Shown here piece by piece: positions 34,493 through 41,774 of a DNA stretch of 64,000 bases. Every line of letters begins with the position of its first letter. The stretch's first letter is position 1. A model generated the notes under the pieces. The model was not told where the DNA came from and did no database searches. It saw only the letters and a program-made list of their open reading frames with translations. Both the position numbers and the translations under genes were made by a program. Location: positions 46,901 to 110,900 of the IMG/VR virus record IMGVR_UViG_3300046779_001442; one strand, written 5' to 3'. Source of the stretch: a virus.

Positions 34493-35605
34493 TTGGGTAT
34501 GAAAAAATTTGCAACTGTTTTAACAACAGCATTTTTGCTAACTGGATTCGTTAATGCGTCTGAAGCTGCTGTATTCCAGCCTTGCTCTGCAAAAAAAGTA
34601 AATGTAGTAAGCAATAATAAGATATGCAAAAAGGTTGGAATTTTTTATAGGTGGGTTAGTCTACCAACAAAAAGCAAGGCTCCAATTGCCACACCCAAGC
34701 CAAGTCCAACTATAACGGCACAGCCAATAACTGCAACAGACTATTCAGTGCTGCTGACATCATTTGACGATGTTGATAAGTATCTGTTTGTTAATGACTA
34801 CAGGCTACCAACTAATAATATAAAATTTGGTCCAAGCCTTGATCCAAAAATTGTGTCTAATGGTACTGAGGCCTTTGTCTCTATTGCAAGTGTGTTCTCT
34901 ACTTTTTATTCTCCATCATATTATTATGCAATAGTTACATCAGAAAAGGACCGTGAGTGGGCAGCATCACCATCAATCAACAAGATTGACTCTAGGTTTA
35001 CTGGACTATATGGCAATACCTGTGAAAACGGTAATAGCGGAAATGAGTGGAGTTCAATTTCATGCACCTGGTCTGATAAAACAGAGTGGTACAGAATGGA
35101 ATTGCTTGCACATGAATATACTCATAGCGTAATCTATAGCACTGGAGGAACAAAGACTGGTGCAGTTAGCAACTACCAAAGGGCATTTGACATTCCTTCT
35201 TGGCTCAATGAGGGTGCTGCAACATACTATGGATGGTGGCTAGGATCTATAAAAGATAAAAACATTTCTGCACATATAAAGGGCCACCTTAACGGATTTG
35301 CATGCAGCGTTCCAGGCTATTCAGATTTACCAAACCCAGAAAAGCTAGCATCTGAGATGAAGCAGATAGAAACTGGTGCAGGGCATTCATTTAAACAATA
35401 TGGGTACGGTGCTATTGCTGTAGCAGAATTAGTATCAAAGTATGGAGGGCACAAAGCAATGCTTGACTTCTATACACAGATGCGTTATACTAGTAATTGG
35501 AAAGATGCATTTGAAAAGTCATTTGGAGTTACTCCAGATAAGTTTTATGTTGAACAATATAAAGATTTTATTAAAATGCTTCCAGACTTGACATGTAAAC
35601 GATAA
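34493..35605 (+). CDS. Secreted zinc metallopeptidase-like protein
   Basis: Signal peptide, Pro/Thr linker, HEYTH...WLNEG gluzincin motif. Confidence 0.75.
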   Translation: MGMKKFATVLTTAFLLTGFVNASEAAVFQPCSAKKVNVVSNNKICKKVGIFYRWVSLPTKSKAPIATPKPSPTITAQPITATDYSVLLTSFDDVDKYLFVNDYRLPTNNIKFGPSLDPKIVSNGTEAFVSIASVFSTFYSPSYYYAIVTSEKDREWAASPSINKIDSRFTGLYGNTCENGNSGNEWSSISCTWSDKTEWYRMELLAHEYTHSVIYSTGGTKTGAVSNYQRAFDIPSWLNEGAATYYGWWLGSIKDKNISAHIKGHLNGFACSVPGYSDLPNPEKLASEMKQIETGAGHSFKQYGYGAIAVAELVSKYGGHKAMLDFYTQMRYTSNWKDAFEKSFGVTPDKFYVEQYKDFIKMLPDLTCKR

Positions 35606-35616
35606 CGTGTTATAAT
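35588..35616 (+). promoter_or_regulatory. Consensus promoter for tRNA array
   Basis: TTGACA-17nt-TATAAT with TG extension. Confidence 0.85.
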
Positions 35617-35633
35617 AAAATACAACTTAATAA

Positions 35634-35706
35634 TGCCCTATAGCTCAGCTGGCAGAGCGTCCGACTGTTAATCGGCAGGTCCCTGGTTCGATCCCAGGTG
35701 GGGCAG
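35634..35706 (+). tRNA. tRNA-Asn(GTT)
   Basis: Cloverleaf; anticodon loop ctGTTaa; GTTCGA T-loop. Confidence 0.92.
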
Positions 35707-35710
35707 CAAA

Positions 35711-35890
35711 CACATTAACGACGGTTGATGTGGAGTATGACCGAATAATTCCCAGAGTCAAATGGGGGGAATAAGGTACTATCGGATCTTAGCGGATCGT
35801 CTTAGCGGACAAACGGTAGGTGTGCTCAAAGCGGTACTTGACGAGCCGTATTGACTAGGCACTGGTGGTAAAATGCAATCCACCTACTCA
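35711..35890 (+). ncRNA. Candidate structured ncRNA A
   Basis: No long ORF; several stems, twin TTAGCG-loop hairpins. Confidence 0.55.
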
Positions 35891-35894
35891 CTTT

Positions 35895-35965
35895 GCGAAT
35901 GTTGCATAATGGTAGTGCCTCTGCCTTCCAAGCAGAAGGTGAGAGTTCGATTCTCTCTATTCGCT
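35895..35965 (+). tRNA. tRNA-Gly(TCC)
   Basis: Cloverleaf; loop ctTCCaa. Confidence 0.92.
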
Positions 35966-35966
35966 C

Positions 35967-36136
35967 TATAGGCTAATCACCTATACGTGTACAAGTGTAC
36001 GTAAAAATTCAACACTTGAGAATGTCCAGGCATTGGTTTAATCTGGCGTGTAGGCACCTCACGATATAGGTTCGGAGCTAGTCACTCGTCTTAGGAAACG
36101 ACTCAGGGATATAGATCTGATTAATCTGATATCCCA
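35967..36136 (+). ncRNA. Candidate structured ncRNA B
   Basis: No long ORF; several hairpins, e.g. gggatatagat-ctgatta-atctgatatccc. Confidence 0.5.
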
Positions 36137-36139
36137 CTT

Positions 36140-36213
36140 GGTCTCATAGTTCAGTTGGTTAGAACGCCACCCTGTCACGGTGGAGGTCAGGGGTTCAAGT
36201 CCCCTTGGGATCG
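36140..36213 (+). tRNA. tRNA-Asp(GTC)
   Basis: Cloverleaf; loop ctGTCac. Confidence 0.93.
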
Positions 36214-36220
36214 CTCAGAA

Positions 36221-36379
36221 GCATAAGTCTGAACAACTTATGTGGAGATTGTTATACCGAAACCTGCACTGTGGACGCATCATACGAAGGGGTTCAGCCC
36301 GATGGAGATTGCTCTGCTAACCCACTAGGTATAACAGCCAATGGCAAACTTCCTTAACCAAAAGGTGAGCACGATTGGC
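36221..36379 (+). ncRNA. Candidate structured ncRNA C
   Basis: gcataagt/acttatgt hairpin; tgttatacc/ggtataaca closing stem; gccaat/attggc stem. Confidence 0.55.
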
Positions 36380-36383
36380 AAAT

Positions 36384-36457
36384 GCTTCCTTAGCTCAGTT
36401 GGCCAGAGCAATCGCCTTGTAAGCGATAGGTCGTCAGTTCGAACCTGACAGGGAGCT
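36384..36457 (+). tRNA. tRNA-Thr(TGT)
   Basis: Cloverleaf; loop ctTGTaa. Confidence 0.93.
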
Positions 36458-36461
36458 CGAT

Positions 36462-36533
36462 GGCCCCATCGTCTATCGGTTAGGACTCCAGATTTTCAAT
36501 CTGGCAAGACGGGTTCGATTCCCGTTGGGGCTA
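36462..36533 (+). tRNA. tRNA-Glu(TTC)
   Basis: Cloverleaf; loop ttTTCaa. Confidence 0.92.
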
Positions 36534-36565
36534 CTATAGCATAAAAAGTATGCTATACTATAACT

Positions 36566-36661
36566 ATGGAGCTAACTATGAAGTATTCAAACCAGCAATC
36601 GCATGTGCGATTTAGTCTGGCGTACTCTTGGCATTTAGCCAGTCTCCAGCCGAGTATCTAA
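36566..36661 (+). CDS. Putative leaderless 31-aa leader peptide
   Basis: TGCTATACT + 6 nt + ATG; MELTMKYSNQQSHVRFSLAYSWHLASLQPSI. Confidence 0.45.
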   Translation: MELTMKYSNQQSHVRFSLAYSWHLASLQPSI

Positions 36662-36748
36662 TCTAACTCGCTTAAACAAATAGATTATCTAATAAAAATC
36701 CAAACAATCACAATTTAATACAATACCAAACAGTTAGTTCCATAACAT

Positions 36749-36822
36749 ATCGTATTGGTGTAGTGGTAGCACAACAGCTTCCAAACCTGTTGGCGTGGGT
36801 TCGATTCCTACATACTTTGCCA
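36749..36822 (+). tRNA. tRNA-Trp(CCA), atypical
   Basis: Cloverleaf with loop ttCCAaa and encoded CCA; two acceptor-stem mismatches and C31:C39. Confidence 0.75.
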
Positions 36823-36895
36823 CCTGATATAGCTCAATTGGTAGAGCGTCTGTTTGAAGCACAGAAGGTTCTTGGTTCGATTCCAAGTGTTAGGA
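36823..36895 (+). tRNA. tRNA-Phe(GAA)
   Basis: Cloverleaf; loop ttGAAgc. Confidence 0.88.
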
Positions 36896-36896
36896 C

Positions 36897-36925
36897 TTGA
36901 CAACTAAATATAGAAAAGATATAAT
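36897..36925 (+). promoter_or_regulatory. Internal consensus promoter in tRNA array
   Basis: TTGACA-17nt-TATAAT; tRNA-Met starts after 6 nt. Confidence 0.85.
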
Positions 36926-36931
36926 ATACAT

Positions 36932-37009
36932 TGCGGAGTAGAGCAGTTCGGACAGCTCAGCAGCCTCATAAGCTGAAGGTCGTGGGTTCAAATCCCACCT
37001 CCGCAACCA
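36932..37009 (+). tRNA. tRNA-Met(CAT), initiator-like
   Basis: Loop ctCATaa; fMet-like D arm and TTCAAAT T-loop; encoded CCA. Confidence 0.85.
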
Positions 37010-37010
37010 A

Positions 37011-37082
37011 CTAGATATAGTGAAGCGGTATCACGCCTGTTTTGGGAACAGGAGATCGCAGGTTCAATCCCTGCTATCTAGA
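37011..37082 (+). tRNA. tRNA-Pro(TGG)
   Basis: Cloverleaf; loop ttTGGga. Confidence 0.9.
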
Positions 37083-37086
37083 CGAT

Positions 37087-37162
37087 AGATGTATGGCCAA
37101 GTGGTTAAGGCACTGCTCTGATAAGGCAGGGATCGCTGGTTCAAATCCAGCTACATCTACCA
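37087..37162 (+). tRNA. tRNA-Ile(GAT)
   Basis: Loop ctGATaa; encoded CCA. Confidence 0.9.
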
Positions 37163-37163
37163 T

Positions 37164-37235
37164 ACCAATATAGCTCAGCGGAAGAGCAATGGTCTACGAA
37201 GCCATGAGTCAAAGGTTCGAATCCTTTTATTGGTA
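37164..37235 (+). tRNA. tRNA-Arg(ACG)
   Basis: Loop ctACGaa. Confidence 0.9.
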
Positions 37236-37238
37236 CGA

Positions 37239-37321
37239 GGAAGTGCGTCGCAGTTGGAGAGGCGAGGCGGTCTGTAAAACCGTTGGGTGCACCTGAGTCA
37301 GTTCGAATCTGACCACTTCCA
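37239..37321 (+). tRNA. tRNA-Tyr(GTA)
   Basis: Loop ctGTAaa; long variable arm. Confidence 0.9.
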
Positions 37322-37323
37322 CT

Positions 37324-37397
37324 GTGGTACTAGTTCAATGGTAGAACGCTTGGTTGTGGTCCAAGGAATGAGGGTTCAATTCCCTCGTATCACCCCA
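37324..37397 (+). tRNA. tRNA-His(GTG)
   Basis: Loop ttGTGgt; C73 and encoded CCA. Confidence 0.9.
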
Positions 37398-37470
37398 GGG
37401 TCTTTAGCTCAATTGGGAGAGCGTCTGGTTTGCATCCAGAAGGCTAGGAGTTCGATTCTCCTAAGATCCA
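37398..37470 (+). tRNA. tRNA-Ala(TGC)
   Basis: Loop ttTGCat; G3:U70. Confidence 0.92.
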
Positions 37471-37474
37471 CAGC

Positions 37475-37545
37475 AGTCCATTAGCTCAATGGTAGAGCAG
37501 CTGGCTTACATCCAGTAGACAGGAGTTCGATTCTCTTATGGACTA
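37475..37545 (+). tRNA. tRNA-Val(TAC)
   Basis: Loop ctTACat. Confidence 0.9.
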
Positions 37546-37546
37546 C

Positions 37547-37619
37547 GCTTCTCTAGCCCAACGGTAGAGGCAGTAGTCTTAGAAGCTACAAAGTGTGAGT
37601 TCAAATCTCACGGGAAGCA
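37547..37619 (+). tRNA. tRNA-Leu(TAG), short variable loop
   Basis: Loop ctTAGaa. Confidence 0.88.
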
Positions 37620-37620
37620 C

Positions 37621-37710
37621 GGAAGGACAATCCGATTGGCGACGGAACCTGTCTTGAAAACAGTTGAGGTGTTAAAGCCCTTGGGAGTTCGACTCTCCCT
37701 CCTTCCGCCA
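37621..37710 (+). tRNA. tRNA-Ser(TGA)
   Basis: Loop ctTGAaa; long variable arm; GCCA end. Confidence 0.92.
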
Positions 37711-37711
37711 A

Positions 37712-37784
37712 GCTTCTCTAGTCCAACGGTAGAGACATCAGATTCAAACCCTGATCAGTATAGGTTCAAATCCTATGGGAAGCA
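37712..37784 (+). tRNA. tRNA-Leu(CAA), short variable loop
   Basis: Loop ttCAAac; same acceptor stem as Leu(TAG). Confidence 0.85.
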
Positions 37785-37788
37785 CAAA

Positions 37789-37861
37789 GCCCTTATAGCC
37801 CAGTGGTAGAGGTAAGCGACTTAAAATCGTTTCAGCGATGGTTCGAATCCATCTGGGGGCA
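37789..37861 (+). tRNA. tRNA-Leu(TAA), short variable loop
   Basis: Loop ctTAAaa. Confidence 0.88.
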
Positions 37862-37862
37862 C

Positions 37863-37949
37863 GGAAGCATGGCAGAGTGGTCCATTGCAGCGGTTTGCTA
37901 AACCGTGGGTGTAACAGCCCCGTAGGTTCGAATCCTACTGTTTCCGCCA
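37863..37949 (+). tRNA. tRNA-Ser(GCT)
   Basis: Loop ttGCTaa; long variable arm; GCCA end. Confidence 0.92.
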
Positions 37950-37950
37950 T

Positions 37951-38022
37951 GCCCCTATAGCTCAGCGGTAGAGCTGCGGACTTTTAATCCGTAGGCCCTT
38001 GGTTCGATCCCAAGTGGGGGCA
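37951..38022 (+). tRNA. tRNA-Lys(TTT)
   Basis: Loop ctTTTaa. Confidence 0.93.
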
Positions 38023-38026
38023 CTAT

Positions 38027-38097
38027 TCTCCCTTCGTCCAACGGCAGGACACTAGGTTTTGGCCCTAGGAATCGTGGTTCGAATCCACGGGGGAGAG
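38027..38097 (+). tRNA. tRNA-Gln(TTG)
   Basis: Loop ttTTGgc. Confidence 0.9.
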
Positions 38098-38142
38098 CAA
38101 GATAAAGCGATTAATGCTATAATAGGTTGGAAAGGTTTGGAT

Positions 38143-38823
38143 ATGGAAAAGCCTCCTATAATAACGCACGAGATTAATAATTTTGATATTTGGTATAACA
38201 CCAAAGATCCATTTTTCACAGAGCTGTCTCAGAAATCAAACATACCATTTAATTGGCTTGCATACAAAACAGTGCTTTCTGGAGAGAACAAAGACTCAGT
38301 GATAAAGCCAATTAATAGATATGTTGAGAGACTGGTACCGCCACCAGATCTGATAAGTATAAATAATAATATAGTAACACTTCGTCAACGTAACCATGCT
38401 GAGTTTTTTCTATTAGAAAAAGAAGATGGATCATTTTATAACGTTGATAGACCATGGCAAAGACAATACTATAATTCTGCACTAGACTTTGATGCAGATA
38501 ACTGCTATCCTGGAACATTTAAATTCTATGTACCATGGTTTATTGATGAATCAGTTGTTGCATATTTTCATCCACCAAAAGAAGATACCCCATTCCACAC
38601 ATATTCAAGCATAGCAAACTATGGCAGGGTTCCAGATGATGCAAGGTTTGTAGAGCCACACTTCGTTCCCTTTAGATTTAAGAGGGTGGGGCCACACATG
38701 ATTGATGATAAGTTTGGTAAAATACCAATAGGATCTGCAATGTATGACATAATGTTCTACGCAGATGATATAATAATAGAAAGAGTAAAGGAATTCTATG
38801 AAAAACAAAGCAAACATAATTAG
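38143..38823 (+). CDS. Hypothetical protein, possible distant relative of next two genes
   Basis: TGCTATAAT and AAAGG upstream; start moved out of tRNA-Gln; KFYVPWFI and KIPIGSAM segments. Confidence 0.6.
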   Translation: MEKPPIITHEINNFDIWYNTKDPFFTELSQKSNIPFNWLAYKTVLSGENKDSVIKPINRYVERLVPPPDLISINNNIVTLRQRNHAEFFLLEKEDGSFYNVDRPWQRQYYNSALDFDADNCYPGTFKFYVPWFIDESVVAYFHPPKEDTPFHTYSSIANYGRVPDDARFVEPHFVPFRFKRVGPHMIDDKFGKIPIGSAMYDIMFYADDIIIERVKEFYEKQSKHN

Positions 38824-39529
38824 CTTTTATCCTCTGAATGAAGAGGTACGAAATTTTGTCCCAGAGCCAGTACCAGCTTCACGGAACTTACCACAGTGGT
38901 ACAAGGACACACCTGGTTCAATTGATAACGGTGAAATGATGGCACAAATGGGTCAGCCAGCTAGTACAGTAAAGAAGTGCATGCCCATCTTTGATGCAAT
39001 TACTGCAGGATATATTTTGAGAATGCCTATGGATGTCTATGTAGATGCGACTGGCGAAAAACTAACCTATCAAATACCACTAGCTATGTCAAAGTTCAAG
39101 GGTGATCTTTTTGCTACACATGAACGTAGACAATATGAGAAGTATCCATATGGAGACAAGTGGCACCAAGACCTACTTAGAATCATGCCTATGTGGATCA
39201 TTAAGACACCAAAGGGCTTTAGCACACTGATCACTCAGCCATTTCATGGAGATTCATCACCGCTATATGCAGTACATGGTCTTGTTGATACTGATGGGTT
39301 TGCTACTGATGGGCACTTTTCTTTCTGGGTTGAAAAAGGTTTCAAGGGCACAATCCCACAGGGCACACCAATTGCACAGGTAATTCCTTTCAGACGTGAT
39401 GATTGGCAGATGGAAATTCTTACGGCAGAAGATACGCAAAAGGATATTCTTCCACAAAGACTAACTCTGCGTAGTACATTTAATAATGGATATAAGAATA
39501 AGTTTAGAAGCCGTAAAGAATATAAATAA
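38798..39529 (+). CDS. DUF6065-like / dUTPase-like-fold hypothetical protein, paralog 1
   Basis: PEPVPA...PQWYK, KKCMPIFDAITAGY, GLVDTD, IPQGTPIAQVIPFRR. Confidence 0.55.
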   Translation: MKNKANIISFYPLNEEVRNFVPEPVPASRNLPQWYKDTPGSIDNGEMMAQMGQPASTVKKCMPIFDAITAGYILRMPMDVYVDATGEKLTYQIPLAMSKFKGDLFATHERRQYEKYPYGDKWHQDLLRIMPMWIIKTPKGFSTLITQPFHGDSSPLYAVHGLVDTDGFATDGHFSFWVEKGFKGTIPQGTPIAQVIPFRRDDWQMEILTAEDTQKDILPQRLTLRSTFNNGYKNKFRSRKEYK

Positions 39530-40302
39530 TGTCTGAACCGCTAAAGATTACTTTTATACCTGCTCACGCAGAGCCGTATAGGCTAAAAGAGATGAGCCCA
39601 CCAGAACCAGCTGTAAGGCATATTCCTGAGTGGTACAGGTCTTTGGCAAGACATGACAAGTCTAATAGTGATATAACTCTTAGGCCAGAGAATCATATTG
39701 GCACTGATGGTGCACAGGTATCTACAAAAATGTGCATGCCTTATTTTGATGCAATAACTGCAGGGTATCAGTACTGTTTAGAGGATGATCTATATGTTGA
39801 TATGGATGAGAATGGTCATCCTATTATGCATTGGAAGGGTAATGTTATGTTGGTTGATACACGACCAATCTTTGACGTTCCGCTACCAGACAACTGCCAC
39901 CCAATACATTTTGGCTGGAGAATGAATTGGTTCTATGAGACTCCTCCAGGATACTCTGTTCTAATTACACACCCAATGAATAGGCACGATCTTCCATTCT
40001 ATACTCTTTCTGGAATAGTTGATGCTGACATTTGGGGACTACCCGTATTTACCGCATTCTTTTTAAAGCGTAACTTCCGTGGTGTAATTCCAAAGGGCAC
40101 ACCAATTTTTCAGATGATACCATTCAAGCGTGACAACTGGGAGTTAGATGTTGATAGCTCACAGGAAACGATTGATGAACACTGGTTCCGTGGAGAAAAT
40201 AGAAGATCTATGCTATATGGATACTATAAGAAGACAGCTTGGCGTAAAAAGATATTTGGTATTTTTGGCAAAAAAGAAAAAGAAGTTTCCCATGATGAAT
40301 AG
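39529..40302 (+). CDS. DUF6065-like / dUTPase-like-fold hypothetical protein, paralog 2
   Basis: PEPA...PEWYR, KMCMPYFDAITAGY, GIVDAD, IPKGTPIFQMIPFKR. Confidence 0.55.
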   Translation: MSEPLKITFIPAHAEPYRLKEMSPPEPAVRHIPEWYRSLARHDKSNSDITLRPENHIGTDGAQVSTKMCMPYFDAITAGYQYCLEDDLYVDMDENGHPIMHWKGNVMLVDTRPIFDVPLPDNCHPIHFGWRMNWFYETPPGYSVLITHPMNRHDLPFYTLSGIVDADIWGLPVFTAFFLKRNFRGVIPKGTPIFQMIPFKRDNWELDVDSSQETIDEHWFRGENRRSMLYGYYKKTAWRKKIFGIFGKKEKEVSHDE

Positions 40303-41161
40303 CACAAACCTTACAATAGTTGTAGTGTCTTATAAAGATAAGAATCTTTTTGATTTTGTAAATAATCTAGATAAGAACACTATTTCTGATCATTCAATTG
40401 AGGTATTTGAGCAGCACCCAGTAGACCACTATAAAGATTTCTGGGAGATACCTAAATGCTCTTATGAACATAAAATATGGGATGATATCGCTGGACTAAC
40501 CGTCAAAAAAATAAGTAAGATTGAACCAAGGTTAGATTCGTCAACACATATATGCATTATAACTCCAGACTCTGTTCTCTCTTATGGATGGGACAAAGAG
40601 TTGCTTGAGTTCATGAATAGCAATGACAATGTAGTAATTTCTGGTGGTGGGTTAATATCTGTAACACATAAGGATTTGTTCTCGCTTGAGGCAAAGTATG
40701 TCCCATCAAAGCATTTTTCAAAAACAAATTTTATAAATAAAAATTTCATATTTGCAAAATCAGAAGCATTTAATAATATTGTTATGCCTAATTTCTTAAA
40801 ATACTACGGAGAAGACGAATATTGGACTCTTGCCTTTATGTCTAATGGGTATGAAATATTCTCATGCCCAGATAATATATATGTAGATAAGATGTATAGG
40901 TCTATAGAAAATACATATCATACATTTTCATCTGAGCATAACTATAATGTAGTTGTAGATATTTTAAATAAAATTGACAACGATAGGTATGGAATCACTG
41001 ATGAAGCAATTGATAGATTTGCTAATTTTCACAAGATTGACACTGCAAAAATACTGAAGCTGCCATATCAAACAAATGATGTTTTATATGATCCATATGA
41101 CTTAAAAATGCATGATGTGGATGCAAGAAGATTTATAGCAGGGACTAAGGCGGTATACTAA
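40292..41161 (+). CDS. Divergent GT-A glycosyltransferase (GT60-like, altered DxH)
   Basis: IVVVSYKD, GWD, FIFAK, YGEDE...SNGYEI align with neighbouring GT60-like genes; IDSH replaced by ITPD. Confidence 0.55.
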   Translation: MMNSTNLTIVVVSYKDKNLFDFVNNLDKNTISDHSIEVFEQHPVDHYKDFWEIPKCSYEHKIWDDIAGLTVKKISKIEPRLDSSTHICIITPDSVLSYGWDKELLEFMNSNDNVVISGGGLISVTHKDLFSLEAKYVPSKHFSKTNFINKNFIFAKSEAFNNIVMPNFLKYYGEDEYWTLAFMSNGYEIFSCPDNIYVDKMYRSIENTYHTFSSEHNYNVVVDILNKIDNDRYGITDEAIDRFANFHKIDTAKILKLPYQTNDVLYDPYDLKMHDVDARRFIAGTKAVY

Positions 41162-41162
41162 G

Positions 41163-41774
41163 ATGGAGGAAAAAATGCATAGAATAGAAATTGTAAGTAA
41201 CTTCTTAGAAGAAGATGATGCTAAGCTTTATGTAAAAGAAGCAGATCATCCATCAGCCATAGAGCCATTTCCAGAATACTATAAGGAAAGATTTGGTGGC
41301 ACAGCTCTTCAGTATAATGAGAACACCAGATATCTTAATAAAAAGTACGGAAGAAAGGCTGCTGAGTATGTAAAAAAGCTTTATGGCTTTAAGCGTCCAG
41401 TATATGTATACAAGGTGTTTATGAATCATACTACAGAGATAGGATATACTGGTGGACTGCATACAGACTCTGTAAATCCAGAACCTTGGATCGAATGGAG
41501 TGTTGTTGCCTACCCAGAGAATAATTTTGAGGGAGGAAAGCTACACTTTCCAAATCAAGAATTTGTGTATGATCCAGTGCCACTAGAAGCAGTTTTTTTC
41601 CCAAGTGCAGGACACGAATATATTCATGGAATATCAGAGATGACTGCTGGAGAAAGATTTTCAATAGTTATTTGTCTGACAAGTCTTCCATGGCATGCAG
41701 ATCAGGACATGCTGGAGCCAGAAGATGATATGGAATGGATTCCAAACATTTATAATTTGAAAGAAGATAACTAA
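41163..41774 (+). CDS. 2OG-Fe(II) oxygenase (prolyl 4-hydroxylase-like)
   Basis: LHTD, FEGGKLHFP, AVFFP, YIHG, ERFS. Confidence 0.88.
   Translation: MEEKMHRIEIVSNFLEEDDAKLYVKEADHPSAIEPFPEYYKERFGGTALQYNENTRYLNKKYGRKAAEYVKKLYGFKRPVYVYKVFMNHTTEIGYTGGLHTDSVNPEPWIEWSVVAYPENNFEGGKLHFPNQEFVYDPVPLEAVFFPSAGHEYIHGISEMTAGERFSIVICLTSLPWHADQDMLEPEDDMEWIPNIYNLKEDN

Noticed and set aside
35707-36383. tmRNA, RNase P, GOLLD/ROOL or tRNA-associated HDV-like (theta) ribozymes
   Set aside because: I could not build their diagnostic cores by eye (no tRNA-like tmRNA ends, no GAGGAAAGUCC, no nested P1/P3/P1.1 at tRNA 3' ends). Left as unknown RNAs pending an Infernal search.
37547-37861. Anticodons TAG, TGA and TAA as stop-codon suppressors or genetic-code reassignment
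   Set aside because: They read CUA, UCA and UUA. No CTA/TCA/TTA anticodon was found, and genes end normally at all three stops.
37287-38142. ORF-track entries 37287-37484, 37744-37950 and the N-terminus of 38059-38823
   Set aside because: They overlap clear tRNA genes.
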